Source of the DNA: Macrostomum lignano
Lineage: Eukaryota
Length of the DNA stretch: 64,000 bases
Direction of reading: 5' to 3'
NCBI GenBank assembly: GCA_002269645.1
Contig: NIVC01002930.1
Location: 62,001-126,000, forward strand
The notes beneath the pieces were generated by a model. The model was given only the letters and a program-made list of their open reading frames with translations, had not been told where the DNA came from and did no database searches. The position numbers and the translations under genes are program-made. Positions 1 through 12,143 of this stretch are shown here, in pieces (the first letter of the stretch is position 1; the number at the start of each line of letters is the position of its first letter).

Positions 1-2
1 GA

Positions 3-178
3 AATTATGATTCGGTATTGGCAAATGTTGGATGCCCTGGACTGGGTGCCACTCCAGATGTTGCACTAGCAAACACAACAACTCAGCATTTCTGGGCTCT
101 GGCTGGACCCCTCACTGGAGCCGGAGTGTGCGAGTACAAATACGAGTATGCAAGGACTACTTACAAGGACGCAACATG
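3..178 (+). CDS. Possible internal coding exon of an unidentified gene, truncated by the window start
   Basis: Open frame from base 3 (NYDSVLANVGCPGLG...YKDATW) ends at a TG|GTATGT donor at 178/179. No recognisable domain. Confidence 0.3.
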
Positions 179-188
179 GTATGTAAGG

Positions 189-788
189 ACGCAACACTCG
201 AAATCTAAGGTAAATGTTTTGTAGGCCACTTTTCGCCGAAAAACACACTACGGAGATAGGAAGTTGTCAATTTTTCAGCACAAAAGTTGTTATTGCTTTC
301 GATAGGAGGCAGATCCAATGTTCATCTTTTGATATTTTGTGCCTTTCTTATAGCTCTATCGATATATCTATAAAGCTTTTCGTTCGGAAAATTATGTTAA
401 TTTTTTATCCTACGTACATTTCCTGTACTTAAAAATCATTAAAATGCATGGCACAGCTCCAATCCTTGGTTTTATGAATCTATTTTATCATCTCTGTTAC
501 ACATATTGTTACAAAGTCAGCTAAGAATGACAAAATAGATTCATAAAACCAATGAGCTGAGCCGTGCTGAGCCGACATAATATCCTAATTTTCTGAACAA
601 AAAGCTTTATGAATATCGATAGAGCTATAAGAAAGGCACAACACATCAAAAGATGAACATTGGGTCTGCTTCCAATCGAAAGCAATAACAACTTTTGTGC
701 TGTAAAAATGAGAACTTCCTATCTCCGTAGTGTATTTTTCGGCGAAAGGTGGCCTTCAAAACATTTCCATAGATTTTGAGTGTCGCGT
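189..788. mobile_element. Non-autonomous foldback/MITE-like element with ~200-bp inverted repeats
   Basis: 189-392 is the reverse complement of ~586-788 at high identity (e.g. actacggagataggaagtt / aacttcctatctccgtagt), with a ~190-bp spacer and no coding capacity. Confidence 0.75.
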
Positions 789-1285
789 TTTGTATAATAT
801 AGTAAAAGCTTTATGAAAATCGGTTGAGCCGTTTTCTATAAAATCAATCACACACAAACGCAACATATACACATATACATAGGTCGTATTTATATTTACA
901 TGTATAGGAGATAAATAGATAGAGAAAAACCATTTTAATATGATGGATTATTGCTTGAAATGTAGACTAAGTTGATTAAAATCTAAGGTGTGAACTAATT
1001 GCAGTAGTACAATAGATTGTTTTCGCGTTTCTAATCTTTATTATCGAAAAGTACAAAACATCGATAAACGTAAAGCCATCGAAAGAAAAGCGAAATTCAA
1101 AAGAATTTTTAAGATTAGAAAACAAAAATACCTGATATTCAATCGAAGGCGATTTAAAAATCGAATTATATGAATGAGTCTAAAAATTGCAACACTATAT
1201 GCATATAAGTTGCCAAAGTATGCAAGTACAAGTGAATTAATAATTGGGGATAAAATCGAAATCCATCAATTGAAACCCTGCAACA

Positions 1286-2239
1286 TCAGGCCGCCAGCAG
1301 GTGTCTGGCGCCAATCATCGCGACTTCCATATGGTTAGACGCAGTTTTCTGGCAGCCAAAGCACCTAGTCAAACAGGCAAAAACTTTCAGAAAGAAGTTG
1401 CCAATCCTCTTTAAAACTCTGACCAAGCAGCAGTCGCTCGTCTGCTCCCTGTGGTTTCCATTGCTGGCCCCTGGACTGATGCTGATCCCGCCTTGGCGGT
1501 TGACTAAGCGCTGTCGGATCTCCACAGAATCGTCAGTCTGACCGCTGCTCGCGCTGTCCACTGCGGACTGCGGCAGGAGCTCCGGGAATTCGCCGCAGGC
1601 GCAGTTGTGCGTTTCAAAAAACTTTATCTGGCCAGACTTTCCCAGATCAGTTGGACCGTACTGGCCTGGCCACTCCGAGTGCACTGCCGGATCAGTCATT
1701 ATGTAGCCGCCAGCTGTTCTCACGCCCTGCGCATCGCAGACCAGCTCCTTTCCGCCACTGGCGGCGTACGAAAAGTGCGAAAACTCCTGCATGGTCTTCG
1801 AATCGGTATTGTCGATGACGTCACCGTAGTTGAAGTTAAACTTATGGAAACGACCTTCGATGTAAGGCTCCACAAGGACCGGGTCGTCGACAGCGGCGTA
1901 TAGGCCGGACTGCGGATTGGCCTCCGTCACTTTAGCCAGGATCGGCACGATGTAGCGAACCGGCTTCGGATTGTTCGGCCGATCTTTCCGCCAGTCATTG
2001 AAGAGTTTCGCGTACTCGTTCGCATTGGCACTGGCTGCTTGGTCCTGCGATTAGTTTTTTTGTTTTCTATTCTTTGGTTTTTTGTAAATCTTTACCACAA
2101 ATTTGGTACCATTCTGTGGACCAGGGCCTTTATAGACCCCTTCAAATGCGTAATGGCAGCCGCCTTGTCCGAAAGGAGTCGAGTGGAATTCAACAGTGTA
2201 GTGGACACTATCGATTGGTTCTTCCAGATGAGCCTTCAT
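1286..2239 (-). pseudogene. Alpha-kinase (eEF2K/MHCK family) with an in-frame TAA; pseudogene or intron-rescued gene
   Basis: ORFs 2051-2257 and 1286-1948 are in the same frame, separated by one TAA (2051-2053). Alpha-kinase motifs: PFGQGG..YAF, FVVK, A.EYAKLFN, VEPYIEGRFHKFNFN, FSHFSY..SGG..LVCDAQG, MTDPAVHS, YGPTDLG..G...FF..H.C. ATG at 2239. Confidence 0.85.
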
Positions 2240-2603
2240 TGTTAATTTCACGATCACCGTTGCTTGGGCCTAGGTAACTAAGCAGCTTTCAGCAAAGTAA
2301 GGATTATACGGGCTTGGAAGCTCTAGCGATCATCCTTTTAACTCCTGAAAGCGGAACCCTGCCAGTCTGTCTGTCTGTCTAGAGATCGACGGGCGTAGCA
2401 AGTGTGCATAAGTACGTACCTAAAATCCAAACTTTTCCAGTCTTCCGGCCTCCCTTCTTTGTACATTAAACAAGGAAATAACCAGCAGAAATTAAGGGAT
2501 GCTGATGCACGATATCTTGTTTCGGTCTACCCCAATTTTGCACACAGCTTACTCGTACACTGCAATAAGGATCAAATTCAGATCCAGCAATTTGGATGGT
2601 GCT

Positions 2604-3225
2604 ATCATGTGATTTGGGTTGCCTCTCATTTCATGCAGCTATCATGTGACTTGGGTTGCCTCTCATTTCATGCAGCTATCATGTGACTTGGGTTGCCTCT
2701 CATTTCATGCAGCTATCATGTGACTTTGGTTGCCTCTCATTTCATTCAGCTATCATGTGACTTGGGTTGCCTCTCATTTCATGCAGCTATCATGTGACTT
2801 GGGTTGCCTCTCATTTCATGCAGCTATCATGTGACTTGGGTTGCCTCTCATTTCATGCAGCTATCATGTGACTTTGGTTGCCTCTCATTTCATGCAGCTA
2901 TCATGTGACTTGGGTTGCCTCTCATTTCATGCAGCTATCATGTGACTTTGGTTGCCTCTCATTTCATGCAGCTATCATGTGACTTGAGATGCCTCCCATT
3001 GCAGCTAAAGACTGTGACTTGAAGCGCCTCTCATTGCAGCTACAGACTGTGACTTGAAGCGCCTCTCATTGCAGCTAAAGACTGTGACTTGAAGCGCCTC
3101 TCATTGCAGCTAAAGACTGTGACTTGAGGCGCCTCTCATTGCAGCTACAGACTGTGACTTGAGGCGCCTCTCATTGCAGCTACAGACTGTGACTTGAGGT
3201 GCCTCTCATTTCAGCCAGACTGTGA
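2604..3225. repeat. Two related tandem minisatellites (37-bp unit, then 35-bp unit)
   Basis: ttgggttgcctctcatttcatgcagctatcatgtgac x~10 (2604-2990) grades into gactgtgacttgaagcgcctctcattgcagctaaa x~6; both share gtgacttg..gcctctcatt..gcagcta. Confidence 0.95.
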
Positions 3226-3438
3226 TTTTGGCCTTTCTTTCAGCAACAGACCACACAAGACTACATGTTGGTTTTATTCCAAGAGCCAGAGTGAGTCCAG
3301 CGACAGTTCGATCTCAAATCATTTTGTCAGATTTGTTTATTTAGACTTCATCTCAATTCAAACAGCAAACGCACAGAGAAGCGTCAGTTTCTCAGCAAAG
3401 CCTTACTCATCGCAAGCTACTCAAATTGGTTTGTCAAG

Positions 3439-3831
3439 TCACTTTCCACCGATCTTCCGCTGGCCCCTCATAATGGCCGACGCCCGACGCAGAGCCGCCA
3501 GTTCCAGGTCGCGCCGGTAGCGCCTCTGTCGCAGAATCTTCTTAATGGAGCCCAGCACGCCGCGCGGACCCTGGCGCTGCAGCGGCACCCGGGAGTGGCT
3601 GCGGGCGGGCCGGTTGGCCTGGCGCTGGTTGCGCAGCACGAGAACAACGCCAGACTTGCCGGCAGTCGGGGCCTCGATGCCAACAGTCCTGCGATGGATC
3701 AGGCCATTTGAATTGAAGCTGTTGCGGCATTTCAGATTGCCAGCCTCAGTTGAGAATGCTTTGCGGCCGCGTTTGACTAGGAAACAGCTGTTCCGCTTGA
3801 TGAGCTCCCACTGCAGGTCTGCGCTGGCCAT
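3439..3831 (-). CDS. RPL28: 60S ribosomal protein L28 (eL28)
   Basis: 130 aa MASADLQWELIKRNSCFLVKR...NSFNSNGLIHRRTVGI...YRRDL..AALRRASAI match the eL28 signature. The CDS has no intron; a tttcttccccag acceptor lies ~37 nt upstream of the ATG and AATAAA lies downstream (~3335). Confidence 0.95.
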   Translation of the reverse strand: MASADLQWELIKRNSCFLVKRGRKAFSTEAGNLKCRNSFNSNGLIHRRTVGIEAPTAGKSGVVLVLRNQRQANRPARSHSRVPLQRQGPRGVLGSIKKILRQRRYRRDLELAALRRASAIMRGQRKIGGK

Positions 3832-5229
3832 GACTTGAATTTCACTTGCTTTGCTTATTCTTTCTCCTGGGGAAGAAAGCGGCCTAGACTTTCTTGCTGC
3901 AATTCAGGCAATAAGCAAAGTCTGGGGTTAAAACAACAATTAAAAGATAATGTTGAAATTTTCAAGTTTTGAAACCAGAAAACACTGGTTCTTTTTAAAA
4001 GTATTTCAAGGCACAAAATGAAATGACCAAAAGTAGTCCTGAATCTGTAGAAAGACAACTACTAATATGACTACTGCCTACTGATAGTCTAGATAACCCT
4101 CTTAGAATCAAAATGAAAAACTTTATACTATGCCTGATATATTCTACAGATTTTTCCTATTTGTTTTGTTCTATTTTTGTTCTATGCACTCCCTTACAAT
4201 TTTTGGTACTTGGTTGATCAGTTTTGCAACATACCTGCTTGGCTGCCCTATCGCCTAGTCATGCTATAGCAATGAGAGCACTATAGGCTATATATACAAT
4301 ATCCTTTTCTACTCTATTTTTCTCTCTATATATTTTTACAAGACTGAACTGAACCAACTTGAGACTTGTACTTCAATTGTAATTTACAATTTTTTAAGTA
4401 TAAATAGATTGCTTGTTGTGTTAACTTAGATGAAGAAATTAATTAGCACTAATGATTATATATATGACAAGAACATTTTGGCAATATAAAACTATATTTT
4501 TGTTAGCATTGCTTTTCTTTTTGTCTACACAAGAATGATACACTATAATTTCCAAATGACCAATTTATTATTGACATCCACCATAGGACATGAGTTATGA
4601 GCACTTAGGTTTTTTGTCAAAATTGTTATGCCATTTCAAATTTTGACATGCCATTGGCATAAATAGAAAATAGCACTTTGTGAGGCCATATTTAGTTTTT
4701 CCTTTCAGATTCAGATGGGAATGATAATAGCTTGCCAGTTTGGCAACCAGCAAGTATACACAATGTACAACATGACATGAGGACTTGAGCTTAAGGATGA
4801 TTACAGTGACAAACAAGGTAATATTTGAACAAATTTAAAAGCAAAATTGAAATTTGGAATTGGGGATTTAGCATTGGCAGTTTGGCAATGGCATAATGGC
4901 AAAATTGTTATGCCATTTTGGCATAACAGTATCAAAATTATTATGCCATTTTTAATTTTGACATGTCATGGCATGCCTGTGACACAAAAAACCCAAATAA
5001 GCACAAAGCATAGGGGCTAGTGTCTATGTAGATACACATGGCTATATGATAGCATATTCAGTGAAGGTTTTGTGACTTGGTCAATGTGCATGCTAAAGGA
5101 GAAAAGGAGAAGGAGAAAAAGGAGAAAAGTATTTTAGCAAATTAATATCTTTGCAAGGCAGGCAACTACAATACAATTACATAAAAAAGAAAACAATTAT
5201 AATTGTAAATTGTAAAGAGGAAAGAACTT

Positions 5230-8200
5230 TGCTCCCACTTTGGCCAACCCAATAGCAGCAGCCTTAACATCTTTAATGATGGCAGCTGTACCTGCATCAA
5301 CCCGGCTACCAGAGGGAAATCTTCCCCCGATATTACTTTCGCTATGAGTGACCTCTCCTGCAAGGTGACCTGGTCCACGGGCCGAGTATCGGGTCTGATC
5401 ATCTACCCATCTAGACCACATTACTTCAGAAAGCCACTCCCTTCCAAAAAACTGGGAGGAGCTGGTACAATTTCAAGAAAGCTGACTGGGGCTCTTTTCA
5501 TCGCCACACTGACAAGTTCCTGGCTAAACTCCTAGCAAGTGACTAGCTCTCCATCGACAAGGCTCATTCTAACCTCATCGCCCTGATCACCCGGGCTGCT
5601 AGAGCCTCTATCCCTTATGGAAATGGCAAACGCATCAGGCCTCCTTTCTGGAACGAGCGCTGCCAGGAGGCGGCCAACAACAGAGAAGTGGCCTGGCTGG
5701 TAGCTATGGCGAACCCCGAAGATACTGATGCTATCACAGCCCTTGCCAACGCCAAGGCCGCTGCTGCCAGTATCATTAGAGAGGAAAGGTGCCACCAATT
5801 CTACGACTCGGTTGCCTTGCTCGGGCCAGGTGATTTGCTATGGAGACTTATCAAACAATATGATGGTTGCCTGCAATCTGCCCACCTGGCGGCTATCTTC
5901 CCCAAGCCAGCTACTGAGCAATCTGTGGCCAAAAAGGCTGTTACCAACCGCCAAAAAGCCGAGCCTTTCTGTGCTGATTACGCGACAGTCTCTAGGCTTA
6001 AAAAGAACAAGGATGTCAACAGACCAATCATCATTGAAGCCCATGTTGCGACTAACACCTGTGATTGCTCCTGCGGGGATCTTAGGACGGATATCTGTGC
6101 TCCCTTCACCACTACCGAACTCAATGTGGCGACCCATCAGATCAAAAACGGGAAATTGCCCAGAGTCGATGGTATCAATAACAAACTGCTTAAGCAACTG
6201 AGTGATAAAGGGCGAGCTACCCTTCTTGAGCTTTTCAACTGTAGCTGGACCACTGGCGAGGTCCTTGCCACATGGCGATGTGCTGAGATTATTGCTATTC
6301 TCAAAAAAGAGAAAGATGCTAGCGCTACCAGCTCCTACAGACCCATCTCTCTGCTCAGCTGCGTTGGAAAACTGATGGAGCATATGGTCACGAACCGGCT
6401 GTATTTCTGGCTTGAGACCTGCAGCCTGCTAAACCACAATCAGACAGGTTTCTGTAAAGGACACTCTACCATGGACCAACTGATGCGCATCACCCAAGCT
6501 ATTTTTTATGCCTTCGAGCAGAAGAAACCAGAGCGCGCCATCCTTATCCTGCTGGACTTCGCCAAAGCCTATAACCAGGTGTGGCGCCTGGCCTTATACA
6601 CAAAAATGGCATGGCTTGGCATCCCCAAGCATGTTATTCACTTCATCAAAAACCTCCTCTGCGACCGTCGCGCCTGTGTGCGCTGGGGGGGCTGCAACCT
6701 CCAACTGGAAAGTCTTCTCTGATGGCCTGCCCCAGGGGTCGGTCATTGCACCTCTGCTATGGCTTGTTTACGTCCATGACATTGACGACGGCATCAACAA
6801 GAGCATCCACCATTCACTTTTCACCAATGACACGGCACTTCTGGCAACGGGCCGGTCAATGAATGCCTGCGCTGCGAAGATCCAACCTGCGCTGGACCAT
6901 GTCATTACATGGACTAACAAATGGAAGGTGACGCTGAGCCACTCTAAATGCATCTTCACCACTTTCACGCTGAACCACAGTGAATGCGGTGGAAAGGTCC
7001 TTCTGACTCTGCACATTGAGGGTCAGGAGCTTACATACAATCTGTCACCTACTTTCCTCAGTCTACACCTTGACGATCAATTGACTTTTGCTAACCATGT
7101 CAAGGCCATGTGCCAAAAAATGGCCAATAGGTGGCGCTGCCTACAAACCCTTGCTGGCAAGGTCTATGGCACTCATTGGACCACGCTGTGCACTGCCTAC
7201 ATGGCCTACATCAGGTCAGTGTTTGATTACGGAGCTGCCATCTACTTCAATCACGCCGCGCCCACTCTCAGGGACAAGCTGGAGGCTGAACAACATAAGT
7301 GCGCACACATCATCACCTGATGCCTCGGTGTCACGAATTGCCACTCTCTGCTTGCCAAAGCAGACCTTCCGGCACTGCACCTCTGCGCCAAACAGCTCCT
7401 CAGCAATGAATTTATCCGCATCATGAGCCTGCCCAATGATGACCCAGCGCGAGAGTTGCTGTCGATCGCGCCACCGCCACGCCTCCGCAGCAGGGCGAAT
7501 GAAACCTGGAAGTGCGAGGTCGGCCCCAATAAACCTGTCGATATTCTGAGATGGGACGAAGACATTACCTTGAGCAACAAACCTTGTTTCTGCTGCATTG
7601 GACAGTGGCTGTGCGAGCTCGCTGGGTTCCACCTGGAGGATCTCATGCGCCCTGTCGAGCCCGCACTCCCGCCATGGCACTGGCTGGATAAGCAGGTGAC
7701 CATCGCGGTTGACCTGGTTGCCGCCACGTGCCGGAGTGACCCTCCCGACTTCTGCCGGGAGATTGCTGAGAGGACGCTGGGCCTCCTTCATCCGGCGGAC
7801 GTGCTCATCTGGACCAATGGATCCACCCGGCCAGATGGCACTGCATCTAGAGGAGGAGCTGTTATCACCTCGGACCTTTTGGGTATCCAGAAAGATGTCT
7901 ATGTGCCGGCCAGTTGCTGGAACAGTAGCACCAGTGCGGAACTTGTTGCGATCGAAGCGGCCCTTGCCTACCTGGCTGAGCTTCTCCATAGTGGCGGCAG
8001 CCTGGCCATTACTGTCAGGCTATGCACAGATTCCTGTGCCAGCCTCCAAACGATCCTGTGTGGCCTGACTATTGCGGCAGACAATGTCACCTGATGCGTC
8101 TGGACTAATATCGCTGCCCTGCCGAGTGGCTGCAAAATTCACCTACAATGGGTGCCAGGTCACGCTAACCTCCCTAGGAACAAAGCGGCTGATGAGCTGG

Positions 8201-8713
8201 CCAAGAGAGCTACAGAGGCTCAACAACAGCCGATTTCCATCACCCCTATTGCCGCTAGGACTGCCATCAATCATGTTATCCAAGGTTGGCATAAAACGCG
8301 AGACCATATGCACCCATTCCCAAGCTCGACGCCTGGCCACGACGATCTCCTGAGATGGGGCCAGGTCACACTTTGCCAGCTGAGAATGCGCAAATCCCCG
8401 CTCATGCGTGACACACTCCACCGATTTGGTCTCACTGCTAACGACCGATGCACTACCTGTGGAGAGTTGGACTTGGTTGAGCATCTGCTCCTAACCTGCC
8501 CAGGCTACCACCAGGCTCGCATCTGCACCTGGGGTGGTATCAGCATTGATTGGAATACCGTGCTAGGGGGCGAGGGCAGCCTCCTCTGTGATTAACTGCA
8601 CAGGGTAGGCCGCCAAGAACCGCCTATTGACGATCTAGGTGGCAGAGCAGCCCCGATTCGGTCTCCCGCAGGTGGCCGCAGGTCAGAGTGAAGAGAGAGA
8701 GAGAGAGAGAGAG
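5230..8713 (+). mobile_element. 5'-truncated, decayed non-LTR retrotransposon (I-group like: APE endonuclease end, RT, RNase H, C-terminal CCHC)
   Basis: APE C-terminus (LNIFNDGS, SSPDIT, IGSDHLPI) at ~5260-5415. RT in 5688-6722 and 6508-7320 (YRPISLLSCVGKLMEHMV, DFAK, PQGSVIAPLLW; YVHD and FTND at degraded motif positions). RNase H in 7423-8250 (IWTNGS, AELVAI, GHA...N..AD.LAK). CxxC...H....C at ~8450. Several stops and frameshifts; ends in (GA)n. Confidence 0.9.
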
Positions 8714-9199
8714 CAATAGCAACAGCAATAAGAGCAGTAGATGACAGGAGTGTAGCTGATGTCTTGATCAGTGCAGATATGGTATGTCTGGGATAAAGTA
8801 TACATACACACATTAGTTTATTGTATTACAAGTTTGTTTAGGATGGTAGCTTTGACTAAATCAGCCTTACTATCTAAAGCTAGGGCACTTTGCAGCAAAC
8901 TATAGAAGACTGCTAGCCCACTATAGCCACAGCTCTATGTCAGTGCCAAAAGATAAGTAGACATTGACATAGACTTATATACTATTGAAAGCAATGAAAT
9001 TAGTGAAATATCTACCCACCTTAATTTAGACATATCCTTATCTTACTTTTATGCAAACAAATGAAATACATTGCAGATATAATTATATTATTTAATGGAT
9101 AATAGATAATAGAATAATTTATAATGAATTCTATGGTGGAACTCTTGCTACATTTTTGTTCATAAATTTTGTTTCCATTGTGTATTTCCATGCTTGGGT

Positions 9200-9351
9200 G
9201 CAACCTAGGGATTCACCTGGCCATTTCTATTGGCAACACATTCATGTAAGTTGCTATTGGATAGAAAAGTAGTCATGTGACTACTCTTAGCCAATAGCAA
9301 CTTACATGTGTATGTTGCCAATAGAAATGGCTTAGTGATTCCCAAGGTTGC
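9200..9351. mobile_element. 152-bp hairpin (foldback MITE)
   Basis: gcaacctagggattcac...gtagtca / tgactac...gtgattcccaaggttgc: near-perfect palindrome centred at ~9276. Confidence 0.75.
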
Positions 9352-10049
9352 CTATGTATGTCTATTTTTAATGATAATTAAAGCTAATATGAAGAAAAAG
9401 TTGCTATTATAAATTTGTGCAAAATGATATTATTTGGATTAGCAGAATGAAAGATATAATGAAAAGCAACATTACTTTTCTTGGCTTTGTCCCTTCTATT
9501 ATTCCATGGCGATGCCCTTGTATAAATCCTTTCTTTGGTTTACAAAAATCTTTTTTTCTTTTTTGCATTATTTTTTACTTAGCTTTTGCAAAAATTTTTT
9601 TTTGATTTTTCCAATATTCTTATCTAATTCAAATATTCTATTTAATCTTTCTATATCTATGACTATATCTATTCTATATCACACTTACTTTTCAATTTCA
9701 AGGTGCAATTTTAAAATTTAGGCTGCATATATACACTGCGAATAAAAAATAAACCAAGTAAACAACAATTGATTAGGTTTATCTAGTCACTTTATCATTT
9801 ATTAATCAACAATAAAACAATTTAGGTTAGTTTGTCATCTAAGGCTAATAAAGTGGCAGATAACAAAGGGTCTACAATCCAAGGGCTTACCCCTAGCCTT
9901 TTGACTTGAATTAGCCTAGATAAAAATGAATTTTTGTGCCATTCTTAGGTGTCCTATTAAAAAAAATATAAAATTACTATTGATAAATAGTCTTCTTTTT
10001 ATTTAAAGGCTAGCCTAAAAATAATATAGTAGGAGCCTATGCAAACTCA

Positions 10050-10718
10050 AATAGAAGTGTTTATCCCCACAGTCCCATGCCAATAATTCTAATTTTATCC
10101 ACATGGATCTGTCAATAATTTCCAGCTTATCCCTATGGCAGCTTATTGGAATTGGAATAAAGAACCTTAAAATGAATCTGTTCAGAAATTGTCTTTTTGT
10201 TTTTACTGTTTTACAAATCTTCTAAATAAACTACATGTATTAAATATTGAATAGTATCAAGTAACTTTGCTAAAACTTTTTGTCATTAAAAGGGTTAATT
10301 TTAAATATTTGCTTAGTTGCTGACTTTGCTTAGAACAACCAAATGACCCAAAGATTGAGCTGAGCTGAATGAGACTTGCAAAATTCAAAAATTCAAGATA
10401 TAATAATAATGATATTAATACTAATAATAATGACAATATCAATATCAATTTAACATCAATACACAAAGCTAAACACAAACAGCTGCACAATCTTAGCTAT
10501 AGGGTCTCCACAGTGAGGAATGGGGATAAGCTGAAAATTATTAACATGGATTTGTGTGGATAAAATTAGAATTATTGACATGGCCAATATGAGCTAGACT
10601 TGAATGGTGGCAGCTATTTTAATAAGCTGCTATGAGGATAAGCTGGCATTATTGACATTTATCCATGTGGATAAAATTGGAATTATTGGCACAGGACCAG
10701 GAAGATAAACATTTCCAA
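10050..10718. mobile_element. MITE / non-autonomous DNA transposon with ~100-bp terminal inverted repeats
   Basis: gtgtttatcc...gccaataattctaattttatccacatggat...gcagcttatt (10055-10150) is the degenerate reverse complement of 10621-10715. Confidence 0.65.
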
Positions 10719-11881
10719 CTTAAATATGCCTTAGGTGAGGTCAAATTATTAATAAAGTAATAGGCCTATTGGCCTAACTTAATATATTGTATTGAAATTA
10801 GATTAGGCTGGCTATAAAGAGCTAAATATAGGCCTACTCAACAACATTAAAAAGTTGTTACTTTTGAGAGTGCGCAGTAAATTCCAGCTCAGTTTGACTT
10901 TTGAGTGACGCAACTTGCGCCACGCAGAGGGCGAAGAGTGGGAAGAGGGATTGGGAAGAGCAAAGGGCAAAGATTGGATGGATTGAAGCTTCCACCTAGT
11001 TTTATTTGTTTTTCAAGCATTTTTTAATATCAAAATGGCTGGCCAGGTGAGGTGATAGACATTGGTCAAAAGGTACTCATGCTCACTAGGACAAATGGGT
11101 GGCAACTTTTCAATGTTTCTGAGTATATATATAAACAAAAAATATTAACTTTGTAATAATAGTCACCTGATAAAATAGTTACAATTCAACATTGATTTAA
11201 TTAAAAAATGGGTCTATTAAATGAATGCCAGTTTCCAAACAACATTTTGCATAGGGGCCAATTTAAAAATTTTTGTAGGGCCTATGACATGTTACGGCTA
11301 TGTAAAATTTAGGCCTATTTTAGGCTTAGCTGGGCAATATTTTCGATATTGAATAGGCCCCTAATAATACTAATATGCCTAAGCCGAGCAGTTAAATGTT
11401 TTGAAAAAATGTTTTGAATACAAGTATTGAAATAGGCCTATAAATAAAAGATGCTTAGGTTAGGCTAGAAAATATCAACATTAGCAGACGCAGACGCATG
11501 CTTGCTTTAACTAGTAACTGTCTTTTTGTAGGCCTACTTTATTTTTTTCTTCTGCTTTCTTTTCTTCTTTAAAGAGGGCAAAGACAAGTGAGTTCTTAGT
11601 TTAATAACTTAGTTGGATGAGTTTCATCGAAATTATCTAGGCTATAGATGATAATTTGCACTAATCGCGCCCGACTTAAAAGCAAGGACGCAAGCAAGTC
11701 GTCCAGGTTGCTTAAAAGATTAATGCATCTTCAAAATTTGAATGAAATTTGCAAGTTGAAACAACAATTATTAATAATTAATATACGAAGAAATACATTA
11801 ATCGCAAGTTTTAAATATAAAGTTTTTTCATTTAAGTTTATTTAAACCATTTGTTAAAGTTGGTATTGTCCATGCTTGTTG

Positions 11882-12143
11882 GGGCCTTTTCATATTACCA
11901 ATTCCAGAACCAGAATCGGTTCGGAATTCCAAGAAAAACAGCAGTATGTAACTATTAAACTCTGTTAATATTTGACTGCCTTAACAACCTAACTTAGCAC
12001 AATTTTTCACTTTCTTCTTGGCGATTGTCATTCAATAATAAAAACTTTATAGCACGTATCTCCCTCTAGTTATGGAGACAAAAAGTTATACTTCACAAAT
12101 TGGTTCTGGTTCTGGAACCAGAGCAAGCAATATGAAAAGGCCC
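11882..12143. mobile_element. PIF/Harbinger-type MITE
   Basis: Perfect 15-bp TIR GGGCCTTTTCATATT / AATATGAAAAGGCCC and a 3-bp TSD TTG on both sides; further inverted ccagaacca motifs inside. Confidence 0.75.
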
